From the NCBI GenBank assembly GCA_040754395.1, contig JBFMCL010000004.1:35013-99012 (forward strand): 64,000 bases of DNA. The letters are read 5' to 3'. The translations under genes and the position numbers were made by a program. The DNA comes from Nitrospirota bacterium (GTDB lineage: Bacteria > Nitrospirota > Thermodesulfovibrionia > Thermodesulfovibrionales > SM23-35). The notes under the pieces are model-generated. The model was not told the origin of the DNA. It was given only the letters and a program-made list of their open reading frames with translations, and ran no database searches. Shown in pieces: positions 46,237 to 56,381 of the stretch (positions are counted from its first letter, which is position 1; the number at the start of each line of letters is the position of its first letter).

Positions 46237-46860
46237 TCAGATATGACCAGGCCATATCTTGTGTGTGTAAAGGGCTAACTGAAGTCTGTCGGATACCCCG
46301 ACTTTCTTGAATATTCTGTTACAGTGGGACTTTACCGTCTGTTCGCTGATATCCAGTTTCTGGGCTATCTCTTTGTTTCTGTATCCGTGGCATATAAGGG
46401 AGACTATTTCTTTCTCTTTTTTTGTAAGATCAATCTTCTTGTCGACAGTGTTCATATTGCAGAGGACATTTTTTATTAATTTGCGGTCGAGCCAGAGCTC
46501 ACCGGAATAGACGACCTTCACGGCCTTTTTCAATACTGCTGCATCAGTATCAGGAGCAAGAATACCGTACACTCCCCTCAGAAGAAGTTCCGGGATATTC
46601 TTCTCTGCATCCGAAATCCATGATCTGTCGCATATGAGAAGTATTTTTGACTGGTTGCTGCTGTCGAAATCCTCCGGAAAGGAACGGAATATCTTGAAGT
46701 CGGCAAGGATAATATCGGGGTCCAGTTTCAGGATCTCGGAAATATCTATCCCTTCATCAAAAATACAGATTACGTCTATTTCTTTTTCTTCCCTGAAGAG
46801 TCTCTTGATTCCTTCTCCAAGGAGATAACTGTGACACCCTATGGCGATTCTGATATTCAT
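46237..46860 (-). CDS. LuxR-family DNA-binding protein with a degenerate (pseudo-)receiver domain
   Basis: C-terminal LuxR HTH (LTKKEKEIVSLICHGYRNKEIAQKLDISEQTVKSH). In the receiver, GC replaces the acidic DD pair and the conserved Lys is absent (ILAPD). An Asp is retained in IILAD. Confidence 0.8.
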   Translation of the reverse strand: MNIRIAIGCHSYLLGEGIKRLFREEKEIDVICIFDEGIDISEILKLDPDIILADFKIFRSFPEDFDSSNQSKILLICDRSWISDAEKNIPELLLRGVYGILAPDTDAAVLKKAVKVVYSGELWLDRKLIKNVLCNMNTVDKKIDLTKKEKEIVSLICHGYRNKEIAQKLDISEQTVKSHCNRIFKKVGVSDRLQLALYTHKIWPGHI

Positions 46861-46874
46861 TGGAATTTTATTAT

Positions 46875-46883
46875 ATTATAGCA
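46875..46883 (-). promoter_or_regulatory. extended -10 TGCTATAAT 14 nt upstream of the LuxR-family ATG
   Basis: Same 9-mer as at 42303-42311. It predicts a leader of about 8 nt with no SD. Confidence 0.35.
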
Positions 46884-46918
46884 CTTTACATAACCTTTAT
46901 TCATCTTCTACTTTCATT

Positions 46919-47290
46919 TTATTCCTCAAAATATGTCGCCGAGGCGTGTTCTGATTCCCAAACCGTGACCGCGGAAAGGCTGATATTATCATTATTCAGC
47001 TTCTTTTTAAGAGAATCATAAATCCATTTTGCGATGTTTTCAGAAGACGGGTTCTTCTCGGTGAAAGGGAATATTTCATTAAGATACCCGTGATCAAGCG
47101 GTGTCAACACCTCCTCAGTAAGTCTTTTAATCTCGTGGAAATCAATCGCGATGTCTATCTCATTCAGCTTTTCAGCAAGCACATACACCTGTATCTTCCA
47201 GTTGTGTCCGTGTAATTTTTCACATCGTCCTTTATACCCCCTGAGCTGGTGCGCTGAGGAAAAATGTTTTTCTATCATTAATTCGTACAT
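46919..47290 (-). CDS. queD: 6-carboxy-5,6,7,8-tetrahydropterin synthase
   Basis: SSAHQL and CEKLHGHNW motifs. 123 aa. Confidence 0.9.
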   Translation of the reverse strand: MYELMIEKHFSSAHQLRGYKGRCEKLHGHNWKIQVYVLAEKLNEIDIAIDFHEIKRLTEEVLTPLDHGYLNEIFPFTEKNPSSENIAKWIYDSLKKKLNNDNISLSAVTVWESEHASATYFEE

Positions 47291-47301
47291 TTGCGGTTAA
47301 A

Positions 47302-47853
47302 TTATGCTTTTTTCTTGAATATCGATATATAGGGAAGATTTCTGAACTTGTTATCATAATCAAGACCATACCCGACCACAAACCTGTTCGGGATCTCAAA
47401 TCCGACATAATCGAGAGGGATCTCAACTATTCTTCTCTCTTTTTTATCGAGAAATGTGCATATTCTGAGGCTTTTGGGAGATCTTGAGAGAATCCTTTCC
47501 CTTATATGATTGAGTGTCACCCCGGTATCAACAATATCCTCAATTAGGAGCACATCCCTGCCTGACATATCCTCCCGGACATCATAATAAACCTTCACCA
47601 CTCCAGACGTATCAGTCTTTATGTAGCTTGACGCAATAATAAAGTCAATCGTCATGGGGACCTCTATAGATCTGACCAGATCTGTAAAAAACATGAACGC
47701 TCCCTTGAATATACCGACCGCAAGGATGTCCTTCCCCTTATAATCGCTGGATATCATGCTCCCGAGTTCACTGACCCGCGTCTGAATCTGACGTGTCGTA
47801 AGCAGAGGTTTTCCCACTATCATATCGTTTCTCCTCATCAGCGGAAAGTACAA
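47302..47853 (-). CDS. hpt: hypoxanthine(-guanine) phosphoribosyltransferase
   Basis: PRPP-binding motif VLLIEDIVDTGVTL. The true start may be an internal Met. Confidence 0.9.
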   Translation of the reverse strand: MYFPLMRRNDMIVGKPLLTTRQIQTRVSELGSMISSDYKGKDILAVGIFKGAFMFFTDLVRSIEVPMTIDFIIASSYIKTDTSGVVKVYYDVREDMSGRDVLLIEDIVDTGVTLNHIRERILSRSPKSLRICTFLDKKERRIVEIPLDYVGFEIPNRFVVGYGLDYDNKFRNLPYISIFKKKA

Positions 47854-47983
47854 TCCTGCAAAAATACCTGACTACTATTAAATATAACTTTCTTTAAAAT
47901 CGCAAGTTTTATTATATCAGACGCCATTGTTATGCTTAAGTTGCCTGCATTCGCTGATGGTATAATAGATCTGGTAACGGAAT

Positions 47984-50776
47984 ATGCCGATTAAGGTCTT
48001 TACCTTCCCTTTTCGCTACAGAGGATCAACCGCTGATATCCTCAGAACAGCTGCAGAAGATATCACGGGGTCTGATTACTCTTCAATCCTTTATCTTTCC
48101 CCTTCTCCTCAAAAACTTCTTGACAGCCAGCAACTGTTCTCAAAAATTGCAGGGGGATGTTATATCCCGCCTGAAATGCATACGCTCAAGCAACTCTCTA
48201 AAAAACTGTATTCAGTGCATGGAAACAAAAAAATCATCGCTCAGGCAGTCATTCCTGTGATTGTATCTCGACTCTCCGGCATGGGGCTCGGGTTTTCTGC
48301 CATCATCTCTCAATTCATATCTGAGATAAAACAGCACCATTCAGGAAAGGATCTTGCGTCAATCCGCAGTGAAATGAACGGTATTTTTCATGAGCTCGGC
48401 ATCCCTGATGAAATTGCTGCGCGGGCAGAATATGCGCTTGATCTTCTGAATGCCTATCAGCAACTCCTTCGCTCATGTTCTGCAATCGATGAGAACGATG
48501 TGATGTCTGCCTGCCCGGAACTTATCAGCATGCACAATTTCAGCCATACTCACTTGCTTATTGACGGTTTTTACGATCTCACCTCAACGGAGGAAGAGAT
48601 ATTGAAACATCTGATTGGAAACTCTGAGAATGTTCTCATTTCAATACCCTATGATAATAATTTTACTTTTATAACAAAAAGATATATTTCTTTTCTGAAT
48701 AATAACTTTAAATATGAAAAGATTCAGAAAAATCCTCTGCATGATGCTCCCGAACCTGTGTATCATTCATATCCCGGAATTGATGAAGAAGTGGAAGGCA
48801 TTGCGCGAAACATAAAAAATAATTTTGTATCCGGCAGAATGCGCAACCTCGAAAAAATTATTGTTACCTGTCCTGTTATGGAAAAATATACACACAGAAT
48901 TTCACGGATTTTCAGGAAATACGGCATTCCGCATTCTTTGTCTCACCTGAAAACACTCGGAGAAACGAGACCGTTTCTTGATCTCGTCGCCATGCTTGAA
49001 TCAGTTGCAGACAATTACCCAAGGCTTACTTTCTCGCAGTTCCTTGTGTCCCCTTTTTTCAGGAAACTTTCTCCCCTGTTTCAATCCCATATCCCGCGCT
49101 TATGCATTGTAACCGGCATTTCCAGAGGAAAAGAGTCCTGGCTCAAAATATCATCTTTCTTACAAAACGGACATGATCTGTTATCAACAAAAGGTATCCC
49201 GCCCGGTCTCGAAAAGGAACTGGGTCGCATTTTCAGCAAACTTGCACCCCTTGAAAACCTGAAAGAATCCGGCAACTGTTCGCTGTTCAGTGAGTGCATA
49301 CTCTCTCTTCTGGATGAGTTTGATTTTTCGTCAGATGACGATGCAGATCTCAAGGAAAAGACCTTTCGTCTTCTCAGGGAACTCTCTTTCATTGACATTA
49401 TGATGTCGCACGCAGCTGATATCACCCCTCTTACTTTGCGCCAGTACATAGATGCCCTGAAACATGTCCTGAACACAACCGAAACAGAAATCGAAAGACC
49501 GGGAGTAAGAATTATGGCTTTCCGCGAGATACAGGGAATCGAACCTGAGTTTCTCTATATCGGCGGGCTCAGGGACGGAGAACTTCCTTCAAAACCTGAT
49601 ATTGACCATATCCTTCCCGACAGTGTCAGGACACGTTTCGGCCTTTCAAATCTTGAAAGATATCTGCTACTTCAGAAATTCATATATTTCAGGGCAACGG
49701 CATCGGCAACAAATCTTCATCTTTCCTATCCATCCATGGAGGAAGATCAGATGGCCCTGCCCTCTCCTTATCTCCCATGGAACAGAGAAATACCCAGCAG
49801 GTGTTACGGCATATTTTCAATGGAAGAAGAACTGATAAGAAAAGGACTGACACCATTCACATTTTATCTTACGGATATTTCCAGCAAGAAATCACCATTA
49901 CTCAAGAAAATCTTCGGTACAGATTCGCATATAAGGGTAACGGATATCGATTCGTTCAGAAGCTGTCCGAGAAAGTTCTTTATAGAAAAAATACTCAATC
50001 TTCAGCCGACCGAAATCAGAAAATTCGAGATTGAGGCATCTTTGCTCGGCTCAATCATGCATGAAATAATGCAGGAGGTTATCGCGCATCCTTTCAAGGA
50101 TCTCCACGAGCTTACATTCGTGTCAGAAGAAACAACACACAGCCTTCTCTCTCAAAAACCGATTGATGAATACTGGAAAAGAGTGATCGGTAAAACCTTC
50201 ATTGCCCTTTTGCCGGAACTGTACAAGATTGAGAAGAAAATCCGGGAAGAGGGATATGCTTTTCAGACAGCTGAATTCAAGGTTGCCGGGGAAGTCATAA
50301 GGGGGGTTAAGCTTAAAGGGAAAATTGACCGTATCGACATAAAAAGACCAGATACCGCTCATCCCTTGCACGACCCCACACACAATACTTTTCTCTCTGA
50401 TGGACCGAACAGCACGGTAATCGAAATTATCGACTATAAAACAGGTTCAGTGCAATTCAGCGGTCCTCAGGTATTGTCAAAGGGCGCCTCTCTTCAATTA
50501 TTCCTTTATGCCTCCCTCATGAAGGCGACGGGAAAAGAGGTTGTCCGCGCGGGTATCTACTCTCTTAAGGACATGTCAATAACCTGGATACCCGGGAGAA
50601 ATGACAAGCGAGATGGCCGTTCAATCGATGACTATCTGGAAACAAGTCTCCGCTTTCTCAGTGAGACTGTTGAACAATTGCGTAACGGATATTTTCCTGC
50701 GGATCCGCTGAATGAGCAGATATGCAGAAACTGTCCGGAAAGGCCTTATTGTCCTTTTATTCAGAAATCGGCCTGA
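47984..50776 (+). CDS. addB: AddB-type helicase-nuclease subunit (PD-(D/E)xK nuclease with Fe-S cysteines, no Walker A)
   Basis: C-terminal GKIDRIDI...IIDYKTG nuclease motif, flanked by Cys in SCPRKFF and CRNCPERPYCPF. I found no P-loop. Confidence 0.8.
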   Translation: MPIKVFTFPFRYRGSTADILRTAAEDITGSDYSSILYLSPSPQKLLDSQQLFSKIAGGCYIPPEMHTLKQLSKKLYSVHGNKKIIAQAVIPVIVSRLSGMGLGFSAIISQFISEIKQHHSGKDLASIRSEMNGIFHELGIPDEIAARAEYALDLLNAYQQLLRSCSAIDENDVMSACPELISMHNFSHTHLLIDGFYDLTSTEEEILKHLIGNSENVLISIPYDNNFTFITKRYISFLNNNFKYEKIQKNPLHDAPEPVYHSYPGIDEEVEGIARNIKNNFVSGRMRNLEKIIVTCPVMEKYTHRISRIFRKYGIPHSLSHLKTLGETRPFLDLVAMLESVADNYPRLTFSQFLVSPFFRKLSPLFQSHIPRLCIVTGISRGKESWLKISSFLQNGHDLLSTKGIPPGLEKELGRIFSKLAPLENLKESGNCSLFSECILSLLDEFDFSSDDDADLKEKTFRLLRELSFIDIMMSHAADITPLTLRQYIDALKHVLNTTETEIERPGVRIMAFREIQGIEPEFLYIGGLRDGELPSKPDIDHILPDSVRTRFGLSNLERYLLLQKFIYFRATASATNLHLSYPSMEEDQMALPSPYLPWNREIPSRCYGIFSMEEELIRKGLTPFTFYLTDISSKKSPLLKKIFGTDSHIRVTDIDSFRSCPRKFFIEKILNLQPTEIRKFEIEASLLGSIMHEIMQEVIAHPFKDLHELTFVSEETTHSLLSQKPIDEYWKRVIGKTFIALLPELYKIEKKIREEGYAFQTAEFKVAGEVIRGVKLKGKIDRIDIKRPDTAHPLHDPTHNTFLSDGPNSTVIEIIDYKTGSVQFSGPQVLSKGASLQLFLYASLMKATGKEVVRAGIYSLKDMSITWIPGRNDKRDGRSIDDYLETSLRFLSETVEQLRNGYFPADPLNEQICRNCPERPYCPFIQKSA

Positions 50777-50793
50777 GCATATGCGATCGGGTA

Positions 50794-53607
50794 ATGGGTA
50801 CAAACATGGAAAAGTATCTTGATATAACAAAAAGCGTTATCATCTCATCCCCCGCAGGTTCCGGAAAGACCGAGAAACTCGCAAGGAGATATGTGAGTCT
50901 GCTTGAAGGCGGCTCTGAAATCGAAAAAATTCTCGCAATCACGTTTACCGAAAAGGCAGCCGCAGAAATGAAGGAGAGGATACTCCGCATACTCGAACAG
51001 GAAAACCTCTCAATATTTACCAATGTGCGTGAAAAGATGCCGTTGATGCGCATATCAACAATTCATGCCTTCTGCCTGAAACTGCTTAAGCGATTTTCGA
51101 TCGAACTCGGCCTCGATCCCTCTCTTAACGTTACTGATGAATTCAACGCATCGCTCCTTTGGTCAGATTCCGTTTATGAGAGTCTGCTTGTCGAAAAAGA
51201 ACATCCTGACCTTTTCTTTGAGATGATGGTAAGCAGGGGAATAAAGGGCTGGGATGTCCTTTTGCGTACCCTCAACGAACTGCACAGCAGAAGGCCAATT
51301 CCGGAAGTCATGCTGACGGAAGATCACCGTTTCAGCCAGGAGGAAATTAACCTGCTCACGCTCTACCGACGATGTCTCAACCGCTATACCATTAAGAAAA
51401 GAGAGAAGCATCTCATTGATTTCAATGACATCGAGATTCTTACGTATGAAGCCCTCCTGCAAAACCCCCAATGGCAGAACATCCTGTATTCATTTGACGA
51501 ACATACAGACCATATCCTTGTTGATGAGTTTCAGGATACGAGTTCTCTGCAATGGAAGATCATCGACAAACTGACTGAAGAATGGCGCTCAGGTCTCGGC
51601 GCAAAGAGAGCCGCCGGCAAAATTCCCACCATCTTTCTCGTCGGCGATGAAAAACAGTCTATCTATCTTTTCCGCGGGTCAAACGTCAGCGTATTTCACA
51701 AAGCAAAAAAGAGATTCTCTGAATGGCTCGGTGAGCAGTACCATTTTGAAGAAATACGGGAAAACTACCGAAGCCTGCCCGGGATTATCGATTTTACCAA
51801 TTCCCTTTTTTCAAGAATAATGCCTCCTTCGCTCCATGAGACATGGCGCACCCGTTATACACCATTTGAGGCCACAAGGACAGGGGACGGCCGCGTTGAA
51901 CTCATGCTCCTTAAAGGCGGGGAAAGCACAAAGAAAAACCGGGAGAAGGAGGCTTCTGTTCTTGCAAAGCAGATCAGTTATCTGAATGATTTCCACGAGA
52001 TATGGGACAATGAATTTCACAGGCCATGCACATATGGAGATATGGCTATCCTCCTTAGAAAGAGGACTCATCTGTCTGTCTTTGAAGATGCCCTCAGGCG
52101 TCACGATATACCGTTCGTGGTGGTAAAAGGCATCGGGTTTTATGACGAACCGGAAGTCGCGCTGTTAAGGGAATTCATCTCTCTTCTGATTGATCCCCTT
52201 GATGATCACAGTCTTTTCTGCATTCTGAGGTCTCCCCTCTTTGGCATCGAGTACAACACTCTGCTGCCGCTCATCTCCCGTGGAGACATCCCCTTGTTTG
52301 AGAAGATCCATTCCTCACGCAACAAGAAGCTGATGAATGCATTTGTCCGCATTTCCGCATGGATTGAGAGGTCATACAGGACACCTCTTGCGGTGATGAT
52401 CGAGGAAGTTCTGTCAGAAACAACTGCATGGCAGTATTTCTGGGAAAAGCAGCGTCATGGGAATATCAGGAAGTTCATTGCAATCATCGAACAATATGAG
52501 TCCCGTGGTTTTTCCTGCCTCGAGATCAGGGAAAAACTTATCTCGTCAAAGACCGGAGAAGAAGCAAAAGCGAACATCAATACCGAAGGTATGAATGCAG
52601 TAAAAATCATGACAATACATGCGGCTAAAGGTCTGCAGTTCCCGATCGTCTTTCTTCCTTCCCTGGATGAGGTCAATTCACCGAAAAGCGGACCTATTGT
52701 ACTCATGGAAGATGAGGGAAGCATAGCTTTTGCACATGAGGAAGATCCGTCTAAGAGAAGAAAGAATATTCACTTTCAGCGGCAGAAAGAAAAGGAACTT
52801 GAAGAGGAAAAGAGGCTTTTTTACGTTGCGGTTACAAGGGCGAAGGACTATCTCTGCATGCTCGGAGTTCCCAAAAAAGACCAGCCCCACACAGGAAGGC
52901 TTGGATATATGACGGGAAATCTCGAACACCTCTCATCACTCAGCGTAATTCATGAACAGGAGATCGAGCGGATATGGTCGTCCCGCGGGATAACCTCCCG
53001 TCCGCCATCATTTTCTCAGGACGAGCTTTTTTCCGGTCCTTCATATACGGAACGGATTCCTTATGAACCTGCCGTAAAATGGCGTGATGTGACCGAATCG
53101 ATGGATATCAGGATTACGCATGGAGAAGACTGGGTGCTGCTCGGAAGGGTTTTTCACAGCCTTTTTGAAAGTCTTTCGAAGGGAACCCTGAAACCGGAAG
53201 AAGTCACTGACAAAGCACGTATTCTGCTCAGAAATGAGCTATTCTCCGGCCAAGATGCGGAAGGCCTGATCAGTATCATAAAAGAAGATTTTCAAAAGCT
53301 CCGTGTGTCAGGGCATCTGGAAAATATCATCCTTCCCAAGGAGCGTTCTTTTGCGGAACTCCCCTTCATCCTGCACAAGGGAGACATAGCATACAGGGGC
53401 AGAATCGACAGGATTATCATAAAAGAAAATACCGCTTTGATATACGACTACAAAACCTTTCCCGCGCGCAACCGGGAACTCCCGGAACTGCTTGAAAAAT
53501 ATCGTTTTCAGATGGAGATATACCGTGAAGCTGCGGAAAAAATATTCTCTCTTGCGTCGAAGGGCTTTATCCTTTTCACCCATCTGCCCTCCCTGACCGT
53601 ACTGTAA
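50794..53607 (+). CDS. addA: AddA/RecB-type UvrD-family helicase-nuclease
   Basis: Walker A SSPAGSGKTE, motif II VDEFQDTS, and C-terminal GRIDRIII...IYDYKT nuclease. Start moved past the addB stop to 50794 (or 50806). Confidence 0.85.
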   Translation: MGTNMEKYLDITKSVIISSPAGSGKTEKLARRYVSLLEGGSEIEKILAITFTEKAAAEMKERILRILEQENLSIFTNVREKMPLMRISTIHAFCLKLLKRFSIELGLDPSLNVTDEFNASLLWSDSVYESLLVEKEHPDLFFEMMVSRGIKGWDVLLRTLNELHSRRPIPEVMLTEDHRFSQEEINLLTLYRRCLNRYTIKKREKHLIDFNDIEILTYEALLQNPQWQNILYSFDEHTDHILVDEFQDTSSLQWKIIDKLTEEWRSGLGAKRAAGKIPTIFLVGDEKQSIYLFRGSNVSVFHKAKKRFSEWLGEQYHFEEIRENYRSLPGIIDFTNSLFSRIMPPSLHETWRTRYTPFEATRTGDGRVELMLLKGGESTKKNREKEASVLAKQISYLNDFHEIWDNEFHRPCTYGDMAILLRKRTHLSVFEDALRRHDIPFVVVKGIGFYDEPEVALLREFISLLIDPLDDHSLFCILRSPLFGIEYNTLLPLISRGDIPLFEKIHSSRNKKLMNAFVRISAWIERSYRTPLAVMIEEVLSETTAWQYFWEKQRHGNIRKFIAIIEQYESRGFSCLEIREKLISSKTGEEAKANINTEGMNAVKIMTIHAAKGLQFPIVFLPSLDEVNSPKSGPIVLMEDEGSIAFAHEEDPSKRRKNIHFQRQKEKELEEEKRLFYVAVTRAKDYLCMLGVPKKDQPHTGRLGYMTGNLEHLSSLSVIHEQEIERIWSSRGITSRPPSFSQDELFSGPSYTERIPYEPAVKWRDVTESMDIRITHGEDWVLLGRVFHSLFESLSKGTLKPEEVTDKARILLRNELFSGQDAEGLISIIKEDFQKLRVSGHLENIILPKERSFAELPFILHKGDIAYRGRIDRIIIKENTALIYDYKTFPARNRELPELLEKYRFQMEIYREAAEKIFSLASKGFILFTHLPSLTVL

Positions 53608-53612
53608 GTTAC

Positions 53613-54527
53613 ATGCGTTTGATCGTGCACGGCGGGGCAGGATCCAGAAGACCTTCCAAAAGGGTGCTGAAAAAGCTTTCTGAATCAATTTCCTCAGGAT
53701 TCAGAGTATTGCAGGAAGGGGGCACATCACTCGATGCCGTTTCGAACGCTATAGTAATTCTTGAAGATTCCGGTCTGTTTAATGCGGGTGCAGGCGGGAA
53801 CCTGCAGATGGATGGTGCCAGAAGACTGGATGCTTCTCTCATGGAAGGAAGCAGTCTTCGTGCAGGCACGGTTATCGGCCTGGAAGGAATACGTAACCCC
53901 ATAAAGATGGCGCGGATTATCATGGACCTGCCGCATACTGTTCTCACAAATACGGGGGCAAAAAAGATAGCAGAGGCACATAACCTTCCGCCCCTGCATG
54001 GAACTGACAAAGAAGACCTCGCCAGGCTCGAGAAAAAAAGAAAGTGCCAGAAAGAAATCTGGAATATTTACGGACAGTATTTTTCGACTGTCGGGGCAGT
54101 TGCCCTCGATGCCTATGGAAATCTTGCAGCCGGTTCATCCACAGGCGGGGTCAGTGCAATGCTGCCCGGGAGGGTCGGTGACACGCCGATGATCGGTTCC
54201 GGCATCTATGCAGAAAACTCGCTCGGAGCTGCTGCCTGCACAGGTATCGGAGAATATATCCTGCGTTTAGTCCTTGCAAAGGAGATATGCATGAATCTTC
54301 AATACATGTCCCTCCGGACTTCTTCATCCACATCATTGAGGCGGCTGATCTGTCTGGGCGGACAAGCGGGGGTAATTCTCCTGGACAGAAAAGGACATTT
54401 CGCAATTACACATTCAACAGCATATATGCCCTCAGGTTTTGCGTCCTCCAGGGGAGTTTCAGTCAGGGAGAACTTCAGAAATATTACTGTGCAGAGACGC
54501 CGCAAAAATCTTTTGGGCAGTAACTGA
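53613..54527 (+). CDS. isoaspartyl peptidase / L-asparaginase (Ntn hydrolase, asparaginase 2 family)
   Basis: Autocleavage and nucleophile region STVGAVALD plus GSSTGG and GIGE motifs. Confidence 0.85.
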   Translation: MRLIVHGGAGSRRPSKRVLKKLSESISSGFRVLQEGGTSLDAVSNAIVILEDSGLFNAGAGGNLQMDGARRLDASLMEGSSLRAGTVIGLEGIRNPIKMARIIMDLPHTVLTNTGAKKIAEAHNLPPLHGTDKEDLARLEKKRKCQKEIWNIYGQYFSTVGAVALDAYGNLAAGSSTGGVSAMLPGRVGDTPMIGSGIYAENSLGAAACTGIGEYILRLVLAKEICMNLQYMSLRTSSSTSLRRLICLGGQAGVILLDRKGHFAITHSTAYMPSGFASSRGVSVRENFRNITVQRRRKNLLGSN

Positions 54528-54599
54528 CCGGAGATTTTTCGGATTACTCGGGCATGTAAAGCGAAATACGATATCTGTAATATTTAAATCGTGGTGACG

Positions 54600-56381
54600 C
54601 TATCGTATGTAAGCTTCCGTGACATAACGTCGCATCATGCGATGGGAGTTGAAATAATAGGCATTCTTCCCTATCGCATTCTGCATCATCCTTATCCATG
54701 TGCGCCTGTCATTATAAAACATTGGTATGATGGTATCCTCAAGCTTGTTGTAAAGGTCATCTGCATCCCTAGTATCCGTATTCTCAACCAGAGTTGTCTC
54801 GGTCGGATTCGGGCCTATTGACCATCCGGTAAACCCTTCTATATGCCCTTCTATCCACCAACCATCGAGAACACTGAAGTTCAGCACTCCGTTATGGGCT
54901 GCCTTCATCCCGCTCGTTCCTGAGGCCTCTCTGGGTCGCAAAGGCGTATTCAGCCAAATATCAACTCCGGAAACCATCATGAGAGCGATTGACATGTCAT
55001 AATTTTTCAGATATGCCAGCTGTATCCTGCCTTTCAGTCTTTCCCTCACGGTAAATATTTTTTCTATCAGCCTCTTTCCCATATCGTCCCTGGGATGCGC
55101 TTTTCCCGCATATATTATCTGGAGCTTGCCGGTTCCCATTTTTTCAAGTCTCTCAATGTCGCTGAAAATAAGATCAGCCCTTTTGTATGCTGTAGCCCTC
55201 CGTGCAAAACCGATGGTGAGAATATCCTGACTCATGGCGACACCGGTTTGTTTTTTGACATAATCCATCAAAATGTTCTTTGCCTCAAGGTGTGCATTCC
55301 AGATATCATCGTCAGGAACACGTCCAACCCTTACGAACAACTCGGGTTCATTCGCCCACCCGGGAAGATAATTGTCAAACAGATTCTTAAAACTGTCGCA
55401 AGTCCAGGTGAAGGTGTGGACACCATTCGTGATTGCACTGATCTCATATCCGGGAAACATGTTCCTTGATACCTCTCCGTGTTTTTTTGCGACACCGTTT
55501 ATGAATTCGCTCAGATTGAGGCCGAGCCGGGTCATGTTCATGCTGTCTTTGCCTCCGAGCTCCTTCAGAACGTTCAGAGGAATCTGCTCCCCCATTGTCT
55601 TCATGACAAGGTCGTACGGAAAGCGATCATGACCGGCCTCTATAGGGGTATGCGTAGTAAACACGCAAAGGTCTTTTACTTTCTCTACATCCCATACCAA
55701 CTTTTCATCCCACACGTCTTCAATAGGCCGCTTGAATCTGTTGAGCAGTTCGATGGTGAGAAGACTTGAATGCCCTTCATTCATATGATACTTCTTGATC
55801 TCGAACCCGAGTTCATGGAGCATTCTTACTCCTCCTATGCCGAGGACAATTTCCTGCTTCAGCCTGTAGGCCAGGTCTCCTCCATACAGATAATGGGTTA
55901 TTTCCCTGTCCTCGGGGTCATTCTCTTCGATATCCGTGTCAAGAAAGAAAATCGGAACAAAACCCCCGGTCAGGCTTTTCTCATTATATTGCCACGCCTG
56001 GACAAGGACGTCCCTACCTTCTATCTGGACAGAAATTTTTGTAGGGAGCAGGGTCATATACTTTGCGGGATCCCATAATACTGGAGATTCGGTCTGCCGT
56101 CCCGATTCGTCCAGATCCTGTATGAAATATCCCTTCTTTGTCAGCACGGTGACGGCAACCATTGGAAGCTTGAGGTCCGCACTTGTTCTGATCGTGTCTC
56201 CGGCCAGTACCCCGAGACCACCGCTATAGGTCGGTATATCATTCTGTATGCCTATCTCCATTGAAAAATAGGCTATCTTGGGCTCATTTGTAAGATCTAT
56301 CGGACACACGATATGCATGGAGAGATATTGTAAGATATTTGTACAGAGTTTAACAACAGGTGAATTACACAGGTGCGTCAC
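54600..56381 (-). CDS. glgP: alpha-glucan phosphorylase (GT35, GlgP family)
   Basis: AYFSMEIG, GGLGVLAGD and the pyridoxal-phosphate site EASGTSGMKAAHNG. GTG start overlaps the upstream stop (GTGA); an internal ATG at 56318 is also possible. Confidence 0.9.
   Translation of the reverse strand: MTHLCNSPVVKLCTNILQYLSMHIVCPIDLTNEPKIAYFSMEIGIQNDIPTYSGGLGVLAGDTIRTSADLKLPMVAVTVLTKKGYFIQDLDESGRQTESPVLWDPAKYMTLLPTKISVQIEGRDVLVQAWQYNEKSLTGGFVPIFFLDTDIEENDPEDREITHYLYGGDLAYRLKQEIVLGIGGVRMLHELGFEIKKYHMNEGHSSLLTIELLNRFKRPIEDVWDEKLVWDVEKVKDLCVFTTHTPIEAGHDRFPYDLVMKTMGEQIPLNVLKELGGKDSMNMTRLGLNLSEFINGVAKKHGEVSRNMFPGYEISAITNGVHTFTWTCDSFKNLFDNYLPGWANEPELFVRVGRVPDDDIWNAHLEAKNILMDYVKKQTGVAMSQDILTIGFARRATAYKRADLIFSDIERLEKMGTGKLQIIYAGKAHPRDDMGKRLIEKIFTVRERLKGRIQLAYLKNYDMSIALMMVSGVDIWLNTPLRPREASGTSGMKAAHNGVLNFSVLDGWWIEGHIEGFTGWSIGPNPTETTLVENTDTRDADDLYNKLEDTIIPMFYNDRRTWIRMMQNAIGKNAYYFNSHRMMRRYVTEAYIR

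Noticed and set aside
47984-53607. Large helicase-nuclease pair as a possible defence system.
   Set aside because: The domain layout matches the AddAB recombination-repair enzyme: an Fe-S PD-(D/E)xK AddB without a P-loop, plus a UvrD-type helicase-nuclease AddA. The neighbours are housekeeping genes (hpt-queD and asparaginase).
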